Of a stretch of DNA of 64,000 nt, positions 39,447-51,447 are shown in pieces; positions within the stretch are counted from its first letter, which is position 1, and each line of letters begins with the position of its first letter. The position numbers and the translations under genes are program-made. Under the pieces are notes generated by a model. That model was not told where the DNA came from, did no database searches, and saw only the letters and a program-made list of their open reading frames with translations. Origin of the DNA: Callorhinchus milii (taxonomy: Eukaryota); assembly GCF_018977255.1 (NCBI RefSeq), contig NW_024704742.1:16866001-16930000 (forward strand), given 5' to 3'.

Positions 39447-39748
39447 ATCAATTTGTACACACCAATGTCCCACAGACAGCCATGAAGTGAATAATCAATT
39501 TTATTTGGAGATTGTTGGCCAGTTCCCTAGGAGAAAATTCCTTTCTTCTGTCAAATAGTGCCTCGGGATGTTTATTATCCACCACAACATGCAGATGGTA
39601 TCTAATTTTAAAGACGGCAACTCCAATAATGCAGCACACCCCCAGCACTGCATTGGAGTTTCATCCTAGACTATGTGAGCAGCTGAGGCTTGAACCCACA
39701 ACTTTCTGGCTCAGAGGTGAAACTGCTGCTAACAGCCAGGCTGACATA
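39447..39748 (-). mobile_element. Deu-domain SINE
   Basis: GGCTTGAACCCACAACTTTCTGGCTCAGAGGTGA...AGCCAGGCTGACA. Confidence 0.7.
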
Positions 39749-39851
39749 CAAGGGTCATGATTAAGAATTTCTTTTGAACGTATAGAATTTTCTCTCAATG
39801 TTTTTTTTATTGCATCAAGCTAAAATTCCTTGAACCTGCACTCCAGTGGAC

Positions 39852-40182
39852 ACTTCACAGAATACACCGTAAAAAGAATAGACTCTGTATTTTGTGGCGA
39901 AACGTAGCAGCTATTCTGCACAGCAGTGTCCCACGAACAGCGATGGATTGAGTGACCAAATTATTATTTTTATTTTTTATGAATGGATTACTGTATTACC
40001 CCGGAAAAGTGATCTGCGAATCAACCCACAACCAGGTTCCTACTTGAAAGACTTTATACCAAATGTAAGTAAACAGCCATATGGAGTAAGGAAACTTGCA
40101 CAACGTTTGCCCTGCCCAGGAATTGAACCCAGGTCCTATCGCTTGCAAGGTGAGTGCTCTAACCACTAAGCTACAGGATTCC
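39852..40182 (-). mobile_element. Young SINE, antisense
   Basis: GGAATTGAACCC ... GTGCTCTAACCACTAAGCTACAGGATTCC. Confidence 0.82.
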
Positions 40183-40340
40183 GTATGCATCAGATACCCA
40201 GCTAACTAAATTAAATCGATGGAAGAATATGAGAGTTAGAGGTTGTATATATATTTTTCACTTTGGGATCAGTCAGATAGACCGCTGTGGAATTTTGCGA
40301 TCTTGTGTATTCCTTTATTTCTAATATACTAATGATGCAG

Positions 40341-42695
40341 CAACAACAAAATTACATTTATAGAGTGCCTTTCACGTTGGGAGGACGTCCCAAAGCGCTG
40401 AACAGTCAGGTGTTGGGGCCCAAGCATGGGGGAGGGATGGTGTAGGGGTGAGGGAAGGCAACAACAGCAAGATTTTATTTATAGAGCACCTTTCACGTCA
40501 GGAGGACGTCCCAAGGCACTGGACAGTTGGGTCAGGACCCGAGCAAGGGGGAAATGGTCAGGGTGAGGGGAGGGAAGGAAGGGAGCGAGGAGGGGGTAGA
40601 GAGTCAAGAGGGAAGCTGAAGGCACGGTCAAAGAGAAAGGTCTTGAGACTGGCCTTGAAGGAGGAAAGGGAGGAAGCAAGGCGAAGGCGCTGGGGGATAG
40701 AGTTCCAGAGCCTAGGGGCTGAGAGGCTGAAGGCCCGGCCACCAATGTTAGGGCGGGGGATGTGGAGCAGACCGGAGCCAGAGGAACGGAGGGTACGGGC
40801 AGGTAAGTAGGGGGATAGTAGTGCGGAGAGGTAGGAGGGAGCAAGGCCGTGAATGGCCTTGTAGGTGAGGATGAGGATCTTGAATTTAATCCTCTGGGGG
40901 ATGGGAAGCCAGTGGAGGCGAGCGAGGGTGGGAGTGATGTGGTCGCGAAGCCTGGTGCGGGACAGTACACGAGTTGCAGAGTTCTGAATGACCTGCAGCT
41001 TGTGGAGGGAGGTGCCGGGAAGGCCGGCGAGGAGAGAGTTCCCATAGTCCATCCTTGAGGTGACAAAGGCGTGGACCAGAGTTTCAGCAGCGTGAGGGGT
41101 GAGGTAGTGCCGTAGTCTGGCGATATTCCGGAGGTGATGGAAGGCGGTGCCAGTTGTGGCGCGGATATGAGGAAGAAAGGACAGCTCAGGGTCGAACAGA
41201 ATGCTAAGGTTCCTGACTGGCTTTGAGAGGTGGAGAATGCAGCCTTGGATGCTGATGCTGTCAGCGCCTGAGGTGCGGAGGCGCTGACGTGAGCCAATCA
41301 GGAGGGCCTCAGTTTTACGTTCGTTGAGCTGAAGAAAGTTGTCTCTCGTCCAGGACTCGATGTCAGACAGGCAAGCTGTCAGGACATCGGTGGTCGTGGA
41401 GTTGAGGATAGAGGAGGAAAGGTAGAGTTGGGTGTCAGAGAGGTGGGAGGGAGACCAAAGGCATGGTTGAAGAGAAGGGTCTTGAGTCGACCTTGAAGGA
41501 GGCAAGGGAGGAAGCGAGGCAAAGGGATGTTGGGATGGAGTTCCAGAGAGTGGGGGCAGAGAGACTGAAAGCCCAGCCACTGATGGTAGGGCTGGAGACA
41601 TGGAGCAGGCAGGTTGGTACGGAGTCAGCAGGTCAGAGAGGTAGGATGGAGCAAGGCCATAGATGGTCTTTAAGGTGAGGATCTTGAACTCGATCCTCTG
41701 GGGGATGGGGAGCCAGTGAAGTCGGGTGAGGGTGGGAGTGATGGGGTCACGGAGCCTGGTGCATGAGAGTACACGAACTGCAGAGTTTTGGATGATCTGC
41801 AGCTTGTGAAGGGAAGAATTGGGAAGGCCGATGAGCAGGGAGTTCCCGTAGACGAGCCTTGATGTGACGGGTGAGGATTTCAGCAGCCTGAGGGATGAGA
41901 CAGTAGCGGAGTCTGCCAATATTGCATAGGTGGTGGTAGGCAGTGCCGGTTATGGCACAGATTTGGGGGAGAAAGGACAGTTCAGGGACAAACAAGATAC
42001 CCAGTTTCCTGACTGGCTTAGTGAGGTTGAGTGTGCAGCCGTGGAGGCTGATGGACCAGTGCCTGAGGTGCGCTGGCGCTGGTACAAGCCAATCAGGTGG
42101 GCCTCGGTCTTGCTGACGTTGAGTTGGAGGAAGTTGACCCTCGTCCAGGACTTGATGTCGGACAGGCAGTCGGTCAGGACGCCAGTAGTCCTGGAGTTGA
42201 GGGTGGAGGCAGAAAGGTAGAGTTGGGTTTCATCCGCATACATGTGGAAATTTACCCCATGTCGACGGATGATGTCACCAAGGGGGAGCATGTAGAGGGT
42301 GAAAAGGAGGGGAGCGAGGACAGAGCTCTGAGGAACACCGCATGAGACGGTGCGGGAGCTGGAGGAGAAGCGATTTGCCGCAAAGAAGTGGAGGCGGTGT
42401 GAAAGGTAGGATCTGAACCAGTCAAGGACAGAACCTTGAAGGTTGAGGTGGGAGGAGAGGCAGTGAAGGAGGATCGAGTGGCCCACGGTGTCAAAGGCGG
42501 CGGAGAGGTTGAGGAGGATGAGGAGGCAGAGGGAGCCCTGGTCACACATGGTCAGGATGTCGTTTGTGACCTTGACCAGAGCAGTTTCCGTGTTGTGGGC
42601 AGCACGAAAGTCCGATTGGAGGGGTTCACGGAGGGAGTGAGAGGAGAGTAAAGAGCGAAGCTGGGAGGCAACAGCTCTCTCAAGGACCTTGGATA
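40341..42695 (-). mobile_element. L2 LINE (host copy; 40341-40458 and 41438-42695)
   Basis: [38 protein letters not shown] and HMYADETQLY; its 3' UTR is split by a younger L2. Confidence 0.88.
40459..41437 (-). mobile_element. Young L2 nested in L2, ~980 bp
   Basis: Open frame from DTQLYLSS to KTFLFDRAF; highly similar to 23109-24182; has its own tail. Confidence 0.92.
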
Positions 42696-43404
42696 GGATA
42701 CATTAATACTAAAATGTCACTCAATTGCTCAATTGGACAATTTTTTAATGTTCCTTTATAAATAACCTGCACAGGCGCAATTGTCACTCATTGCCTTTTG
42801 TGTGGGGGCTAGGAACTGTGTTATGTGATTATGATTGGTATTAATTATCACATTCCAGATCACAATTTATTTTCCCTATAAAAACTACATCCTGAGGTCT
42901 GTCCTTAAACTTGTTTTTCACAATCTGACACTGTGCCCCTTTGTCCTTCTATGTCGGTATATCTGAAAATATTTTCTGCGTTTACTTTCTCTATTCTGTC
43001 AAGCATCTTATGTGCTTCTGTAAAACTCCTGAAATGTCTCATTGAGGCTCAAAGAACCCGCCTTATCTAATCATATCCGTTCTTTCTATACAAAGAACTC
43101 AAGCTACAAACTCCAAACCACTTGGAACACTAGACTGTACTGGAGCATGACGTAAATGATTGAAAGTTGTACATCAGGAACTCTTGATGCTTGGGTATCA
43201 CAATTGCAGAACTCAACTGAAAATATTTTATTTTAACTAATGATAATCATATAACCAATAAGGAAAAAAATGAAATTAGAATTAACTATGAATGTCTTTG
43301 CATTCTCAGGAATCATTATTAAAAAAATAGTCAAAATATAAAAGGTGAAGATTATGACTTTGAGAAATTCTACCTAGGTTAACGTTTACTCTGATAATGT
43401 AGCC

Positions 43405-43555
43405 TTTCAGAATATTCAGGATTTGCCAAATTGTTAAAAATATCCTTAATATTGAAGCCATTTTTCTGTAAAGTCTTTTAAGAATTACCGTAAACTGACA
43501 TCAAATTTAAGACTGAATTCAACAATTTGCTAAATTCTGCACACCCTGAAATTCT
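43405..43555. mobile_element. Palindromic MITE-like family copy
   Basis: CAGGATTTGCCAAATTGTT ... TTAAGACTGAATTCAACAATTTGCTAAATTCTG. Confidence 0.6.
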
Positions 43556-43861
43556 ACATAAAAAGTGGAATTTCTGCCCATGTCTTTTGTTATCAGTGTC
43601 TCCAGTTATTTTTATGACACTGGTGATGAACTGCAATTAGGCAATTCAGAAACCTGACTGTAAATCGATGAAAGACTGGCTACGGGTGTAAGCCCCCTTC
43701 CCCACCACACCCCACACCTCAGTATCATATTCCATCATAATTAACACCCATACAGCCATTAGAGTTGCCAACCGTATATTGTGGCACTGGATTACAGATT
43801 AGCAGGATACCATCTGACTTCTGTTTTACTCTTGTTGAGGTAAAATGGTATGCAACTGACT

Positions 43862-44350
43862 ACAACAATAAAGATTATATTTATGTAGTGCCCTTCAGTG
43901 GGATAGAATCTCAGAGCATTTCACAATGGGGAAATTGGACACCGAAGGGAGGGGAGGGAGATAGGCATAGATGCGGTCAACGAGATAAATCTTAAAGTGG
44001 GATTTAAAGACAGATAAAGATGGGACGAGGCAGAGGGATTGAGGCAGAGAATTCCAGAGATTAAAGGCGTAGGGACTAAAGGCCTGGCCACTGATGGTGG
44101 TGCAAAGAGATTCGGGACTGAGGGGCAGGTCTCTGTCATTGGGTGAAGGGGAAGGGCAGTGGAGTGGGGTATGAGCAGGTTAGAGAGGTAGGGAGGTGCT
44201 AGGGTGTGAGGCGATTTGTAGGTGAGAGTGAGGTTTTTGAAACATATCCTTTCGGAGATGGGGAGCCAGTGGAGCCTGGTAATGATTGGGGTGATTGAGG
44301 TGCAGAATTTGGTACTGGTAAGGATACAGACAGCGTAGTTTGGTATGAGC
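43862..44350 (-). mobile_element. Old L2 3' fragment
   Basis: GGAGATGGGGAGCCAGTGGAG (LHWLPI on the minus strand), AGAATTCCAGAG (LWNS), ACAACAA tail. Confidence 0.7.
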
Positions 44351-44734
44351 TTTCTGAAAAGTCAGTGCAAAAATATTACTGCAGGAATCAGCTTCTCTTT
44401 CTGGAAGGAGTTGATGCCTGTTTTTGATTCAATCTTTTGCTTTAGGATTATCATTCTGAGGCCACAGACTTCTTCGCAGGACAGAAGTGAGATGTTGGTA
44501 GCTATTTCTGATCGCCTAAGCTGTTACTATAGTAACAAAATATCCATGACATCATTTGCAGTGCAGAACTCAAACCCTGGGGCCCCAGTAATGTCAGTTA
44601 AATGCAGTTGCTGTAAACACCTCGTTACAGAGGACCCACTTTAGAACAGTCCTTCCCTTTCTGTCTATTCTCCCCTCCTGCAAAAAGATACAGTATGACA
44701 ACTTAAACTGTCTTTCTACTTTAAGCTTTGATAT

Positions 44735-45960
44735 GCTTGTTAAACGGAGGTCCTGTCTGCCTGCTCAGGTGACGTTAAAGTACTTTTCAAAAAGAAAGGG
44801 GAGCTTCTCCCGATGTCATGGCCAACAGTCTCAAGTTCAAATTGGTGCCTATGGTCACCTCCCCACTCCCTTCTTCATGGCTGCTTGTGGGACATTCCTG
44901 TGTGCAAATTGGCTGCTGGATTCAGTCACCACACTTTACACTAATAATACAAATTGAGTACAAATTATTTAATGCCCTGAGATCTCCCTACCTCTCCAAC
45001 CTGCTTGCACCCCACTCCACTACCTGCCACCTTCGCTCAGCTGGCTCCAGCTCTCTGCATGAGCCCGCCCCTCCACTCTACCATCAGTGCTATGCTTTCA
45101 GCCACTATGTTCTGAAATTATGGAACTTTCTGGCTCAATCCCTCTACTTTGCCTCCTCCTTCCCCATCTTCAGATCTCATCTGAAGACTTTCCTTTTCGA
45201 CCTCTTCACCTCCTACCTCTTCCCAGCTCGGGGTCAGGCTCTTCCATTGTTAAGTGCTCCGAGATACATGAAGGGTGACATATAATTGCAAGTTGTATTC
45301 TTGCTATTGTAAATCCTGTGAAACACTTTGAGGCATTGCGACAACATAATAAGATCCTATGCCAAATGCAAGTACATGGTATTATTATTAAAAAAAATAT
45401 CACCAACTTGTCTTTCTGTGGCTAGCCAAATCAATAAAGCAATGAGTTGATCTGATATCATAAGATCTGAATATTAGGTCAGCATTCGTTTCTGGCTTGT
45501 ACTAGTCTCTGCGAGCCCAACAACCCTATCCTTGCTCAGCTACACTAGCTCCCCATCTCCCAGTGGATTGAATTCATGATCCTTGTCCTTACTTTCAAAT
45601 CCCTCCATGGACATGCCCCATTGTATTGATTGTAATCATTACTTCTGGGACTTCCCCGGCCAGTTTCTCTGCTCAGCAAAAACGGAGCTGCTTCAAGTCC
45701 CCTGCCCGACCTGCATTATCGTTGGGTAAGCTTTCAGTCATTCTGCCCCTGACCTCTGGAATGCCATAGCACAGCCTCCCTCCCCACTTTCAAAACCCTC
45801 TTTAACACCACAAACTCTTCAATTACATTTTCACTTCTTCCTCCTCCATTTGGTCACTTGCCCCTCACCCTCCAGCTCAGCATCCCAGTCAGTTGTGTAA
45901 AGTGCTATGGGATATCCTCCCAATGTGAAAGATACTAGATAAATGCAAATTGTTGTAAGT
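44735..45960 (+). mobile_element. Cluster: Deu-SINE fragment (44735-44945) and two old L2 3' fragments (44975-45300, 45500-45957)
   Basis: GTTAAACGGAGGTCCTGTCTGCCTGCTCAGGTG; YAFSHYVLKLWNFL..IFRSHLKTFLF; L2 tails. Confidence 0.7.
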
Positions 45961-46294
45961 TTCAAACCTGTGATCTTATTAATAATAATAGTAATTGTGA
46001 ATAACACAGAGCTTTTAAAGATAAATGAGTTATTAGTTGTAAGGGAATTGGGGTTATCTTGGGCTAGTTACTGACTGATGCACACCACTGTTACAAGACA
46101 TTTCCAAATGATTGACAAAATATCCTTCCAGTAGATGTTTATGTGGAGAGAGTTTTCAATAATACATGTAGCGGTAAGGAGATCGGAAGCGTAAAAGAGA
46201 AACCTAACTATAATCTATTAAAGTAGCTGACATTTGAAACGATTGTACATCCTGTGTTTGTTGCTGCTGGAAGGGAGGAAACATTGCTTCAGCA

Positions 46295-47050
46295 AAGGTA
46301 TTTGATGTAGCACATTATCATGTTTTCAAGCTGTCTCAAAGCGCTTCGCAGAATATACTGTAAAGTCCTGTAGCTCAGAGCGAGAGACCCGGGTTCTATT
46401 CCCAGCAGTGCGAAATGTTGGGCAAGTTTTCTTACTCCACACACCTCTGTTTACCTAGCAGTAAATAGGAACCCAGTTGTTAGTTGATTGGCAGATCACT
46501 TTTCCAGGGATAATAATTCTTCAAAAGAAAACAATAATAATTTGGTCACTCAGTCCACGACTGTTTGTGGGACACTGCTGTGCTGCCACGTTCGCCCACA
46601 AATATACAGTCAATTCACTTTACAGTGTGTTCTGTGAAGCATTTTGGGACGTCCTCCCGACGTGAAAAGCGCTATATCAAATGCAAGGATTATTATTATT
46701 ATCTAGAAGACATGAAAAGCAGTATATCAAATGCAAGAATTAATATTATGATTATTTATTATATAAAGTGAATTGACTATTTTGTGGGTGAAACACGACA
46801 ATCAATTGTGCATAATGGTGTCCCACAAACAGTTACGGATTGATAAATCAAATTCTTATTATTTTTTGAAGGGATTATTACCCCCAAAAAGTAATCGACC
46901 AATTGACTACAACCAGTTTCCTACTTACTGCTCGGTAAACAGAGGTGTGTGGAGTAATGAAACTTGCTTAAGGTTTCACCCCCGCCAGGAATTGAACCCA
47001 GGTCCTCTGGCTTACGAGGTGAACATTCAATCGAATACGCTACAGGACTC
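46295..47050. mobile_element. Plus-strand SINE (~46345-46760, double tail) inserted into an antisense SINE of the same family
   Basis: The antisense copy breaks at CTGTAAAGT and resumes at TAAAGTGAATTGAC, ending CTACAGGACTCC. Confidence 0.85.
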
Positions 47051-48304
47051 CTTATCATGTTACAGAATTAAAACAAGCTCATGTTATACAAAACCAGCTC
47101 CACGTCCATTGTTAAATCTCTATACCACTTCCTTCTGAGTCTGAGAACACATATTCTTGTTGAAACTCTCTGGTTACCATTAAGTTTTGCAGCTCTCTTT
47201 TGAACCACTTTGTTCTTGTCACTCCCCATATCATGTCTCTGAGTAATATTTCAGCAATTCTTTCTGCAGCTTTACTTTTCTAATTGCACTATGTTTCCAG
47301 GACAACTCCTGTCTTTGACTTCACAATTCTTATAATGTGTCTGTCTCTTCAGCTTCTTTCAGTAATTATTTCTTTTCCCTGCAAATGTTGATCCAGGTCT
47401 GCTGTCTCTGTCTAGCTCTATCTTAATGTCTGTCCCACATGTCATGTGCAGCTATGTCAGATGGCACCTGATGTAAAGAAACTCCAGATATAAAATCATT
47501 CTGTCAAGAGAAATAGCTGATAATATTGGAAAGCCTTTTTTTGTATGATGGGCCACAAAAATGACTAACACTGTTTACCAAATACTGTATTGTATGCAAA
47601 CATGACAGATCAAGATTCAGTGCATGATCAATACATCAAGGTGACTGAATGCTAATTTATAACTATTGAATTCAGCAACCAAATTGAAGTCTAAGGTTTG
47701 ATTATTTCTAAATTAGATCCCACCGGATCCGACTGTGGAGAAAAAAATGTATTACAGACAGATTTTTAATACATCTTAATAGAGTCAGAAGCACATTTCT
47801 GTAAAATCATTTCAAAATGTTATTTCTTTTGTGGGGGAAGCTTATGTTATGGTCAATAGTATAGAGTCATATTTTATTCTTCAAATATTACATGTTTCTA
47901 ATTGAAACAATGTAATTTGCTAGATAGTTTTATTGTTATGCCATTGAATCTTCAAATGTAATTTTACTATAATACAATAAGTGCAGGATAATCAAACCAG
48001 GCAGATTCTTCTGTCCTTTTGAAAACATCCATGCTTGAATACACTTTATTTAGAAAATCATCAGTGCTATGTTATGATGTTTTTCGCCTGAATCCATAGT
48101 CATCTATTGAGACATGAATGAAAATGTCCATCATTAATGAGTACAGGTATCACTACTCTGTGAGTAAAATCTCCCTTGCTAAAATCAGCAGGTCCAAACC
48201 AGAGGCAATATCTACCTCTACAACAACAAATTGCATTTGTATATTCAGGTCAGGAGGACATCCCAAGGCGCGAGACAACCAGGGATTTGGACCCAAGCAA
48301 GGGA

Positions 48305-49010
48305 TTGACATATAAATATCTTCACACCCGCCCTCCCGATTCTCAAAGTCAAAATGAACTACATTGGTTTGATAAAAACAAAAACTATATGAAACACTAA
48401 GTTAGAAAGATTATATGGAGTTGCAGAGTGATACAGCATGATTCGGGAGTGGGGGAGGGCAGGGAGGGTAATGTAGGAGGGTGATCAAAGGCGCGGTCAA
48501 ATAGGAGATGTGCCTTGAACTTCACAAAGGAATACCCACACTTCAGCAGGAATGCTAATTCTTATTAAGAAATCCGTTATGAAATACCAAAAATTAGGCC
48601 CCATTGTTTTACATCTCAAATGGTTTGTTTCCTTTTGCCAGCCACTACAGTCACTACACTTTATAATAAATCCTGTGAAGTACTTTGAGCTGTTCCCCCT
48701 GACTTGAAAGGCGCTACCCCAAATGCAAGGATTAGTATTTATCTTTATCAAACTTTCTACTCCATTTATATATAAGACAAATGGAAATAGAAGGGTTTAG
48801 GTGAGAGAAATAGGAGGGGTAAGAAGGCTCATGTGGAGTATAAACACATAATAGTTGGGTCGAATCACCTGTTTTCATGCTGTATCACTCTGCAACTCTA
48901 TAAATCTTTCTAACGTAGTATTTCATATAGCTTTTGGTATTATCAAACCAATGTATTTCATTTCGACTTTGAGAAGCAGGAGGGAGGGTGTGAAGATATT
49001 TATATGTTAA
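48305..49010. repeat. 137-bp inverted repeat (48305-48441 / 48875-49010)
   Basis: Arms differ at about 13 positions by manual alignment; 433-bp spacer. Confidence 0.9.
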
Positions 49011-49562
49011 ACGCACTTTGCTAATGTTGTCCCTCAACAATCTCATCTCATTATGTGAAAACAAGGTTAATTTAGCATCAAGTGTAGCTTGGTACCAAGC
49101 GGATGCTGTCCTCTGGTGATTTTAAAAAAAATCTATGACATTGCATTATTTTCAAAGTGCATTATTAATTACCTGTTTTATTACATTTGATAATGGTTGC
49201 TTATATAGAAATTGTATGTTTGTTTGATTTTATTTCTAAAAAACAATGCATATAACGAAACATTGAGAGAGTAGGATTTTGAAGGATTTGCCATCCTTCT
49301 ATTGTGAGATGGAATACATCTGAGGATTGACTTTTGATCTGTGACCTCAGGTGACTATTTCAGATGCTTATGAATGGCTTTGATCCTGACAGATGTTTGT
49401 GATTTTGTGTTAGATTACCCAGAGCGAGGTATTGCTGAGTTGATTTGAATAATGGGTCCAAAATCATGATATTCCCAAGAACATTCCTTTCTTTATTTAA
49501 GAAATCTCATTCAAATGTGTTTTGAAATATACTCTCCACCCAATTTCTGATTCATGGTAATA

Positions 49563-49995
49563 ATATAACAATCTTTGCATTTAATATAGCACCTTACGAT
49601 GTAGTCGAGATGTCTCAAACGCTTCACAATTTTTTACTGTAAAGTGCTGTGTATTTGTAGGCAAATGCAGCTCGCAATGTTTTTTTGCCAAGCACTGTCT
49701 CACAAAGTGAGTGACCAATTATTTGGGGGGGATTGTTGGCTGGGACACCGAGAAAAACTACCTTCGCTTTTTGAATAGTGTGATGAGATCGTTAACGTCC
49801 ACCTGGCCACACAGATGGGATCTGGGCTTTACCTCTCATGCAAAGAACAACACCTCCAGCAACGCAGCCCCCAGTCCCGAACACTATATTGGCATGTCAA
49901 CCAAGACTGTGTGTTCAAAGTCCTGATTTGATGCTTGAACCCACAAACCTCTGACTCAGATGCGAGAGTGCTACTAACTGAGCTAGGTTGGCACT
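49563..49995 (-). mobile_element. Deu-domain SINE
   Basis: Tail, core (GAATAGTGTGATGAGATCGTTAACGTCCACCTG) and head. Confidence 0.75.
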
Positions 49996-50034
49996 CTAAA
50001 AGATTATTCTAGCCAGATTGTCATTTGGTTGTGG

Positions 50035-50415
50035 GTTCAGCTTCATTTCAGGGCTTTGGGCTTGTGGCCAAGTCTGACATACCAGTAGAGTACTGGGGGA
50101 AGTACTGCAATGCTGGAGATGCCATCTTTCAGATAAGACATAAAGTGCAGTCCTGACCTGCCTATCTGGACACTAAAGATCCCATGGCATTATTCACAAA
50201 GAGAAGCAAGTGTGTCCCATTGTCCTGGCCAACAATCCCCAAGTTAAAATGATTCAAGCATTTCACAGCTGTTTGTGAGACAATGCTGAGCACAAATTGA
50301 CTGCTGCTTTTATCTACAAATACCCAGTCATTACACTTTACAGAAATTCCCTATGATGCGATTTGAGACATATCAATATTAGAGCTGCTATATCAAACAC
50401 AAGGATTATTGTTAT
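50035..50415 (+). mobile_element. Deu-domain SINE, head-to-head with the previous copy
   Basis: GGAGATGCCATCTTTCAGATAAGAC...AAAGATCCCATGGCATTATTC...tail. Confidence 0.72.
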
Positions 50416-50651
50416 TACATAACGGGGAAGAAGCAAAGGGACAGCAGTTGGAATTCCTCTCCCTTTATATCCTCACTGTTAAAGACGGCTAAAGCCCTTT
50501 GCAATATGAGACAGTAATTGTACATAGCAATTTGCATGGGCTGCGACATCCATACTGAAGGAAACATACTTCCTTTTGGTTCAGCTGTTGCAGCAGGGAA
50601 AAGACAAATGTTTAGTCCTCCTGCACCCTTCCAGTTGCACAAAGCCTTTGC

Positions 50652-51447
50652 TGAAAGATTTATTACGATTAGAGAAAAATAATGGCAAATGGTCTTAATT
50701 ACACAATGACAATAAGCCCTGACCGTAAGAGATGAGAATAAATCCAAAGCTATGGCTAGCTAACAATCTACAGACTTAAAACAAGAAAACTGGATACAAA
50801 AATAGGTGGAAAAGCTCCTATTAAGGAGTGAAATGGTTCATGCTTAAACAAATACCCTCTAATTGTCATTCAGAGAGCTAAAAGTCATGCCCTTCCTGAA
50901 GTGCGTTGCTGGGTACAGAAATTACAGTTTATGCGGCTAAGTGGGAATCAATACTGTGTAACAATTTGTACATTTCCTGCAGGTAGGTGGATAAAACACG
51001 TGGCTGACTAGAAGGCTCTGTGCAAATCAATGAAGTCATCTTCAGAAGGCGAGCAGTCAGTCTCCAGAGTCTGCACAGTGTGGAGCCAGGCACAGCTGGG
51101 GCAGCCTGCCTCAGCATCACATTCAATGATTCGGCCTTAAGCAGACTTCTCCTTTCTAAGTTCCTCTTTCTATTCTAATTCAAATAACTTTTTTGCAACA
51201 AGATATGGATTTGAGAATCACGGGACTTCTATACAGTGAATGTTACTACCTACAGAGGTTGATTGAATAGGGTACAATTTTGCCCAGTAATTGGAAATAA
51301 TTATCACAGGATTGCATGATGAAACGCTGCACATTTCATGCCTATGTGAAAGATTTATTGTGTTCAGAGAAAAATAATGGTAAATGGTCCAGCTACACAG
51401 TGACAATAAGAGCCCTGACCTTTAGAGATGAGAATGAATGCAAAGCA
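50652..51447. repeat. ~100-bp diverged direct repeat (50652-50750 / 51347-51447)
   Basis: TGAAAGATTTATT..AGAGAAAAATAATGG.AAATGGTC..TACACA.TGACAATAAG..CCCTGACC...AGAGATGAGAAT. Confidence 0.85.

Noticed and set aside
40479..41297. 272-aa ORF (and the 247-aa ORF at 23208-23951), rich in Pro/Ser/Thr
   Set aside because: Alternative frames of the C-rich L2 coding strand.
40558..41919. 453-aa ORF as a novel gene
   Set aside because: It is a chimera of two nested L2 fragments, lacks the endonuclease domain and an intact YADD, and shows no promoter or splice evidence.
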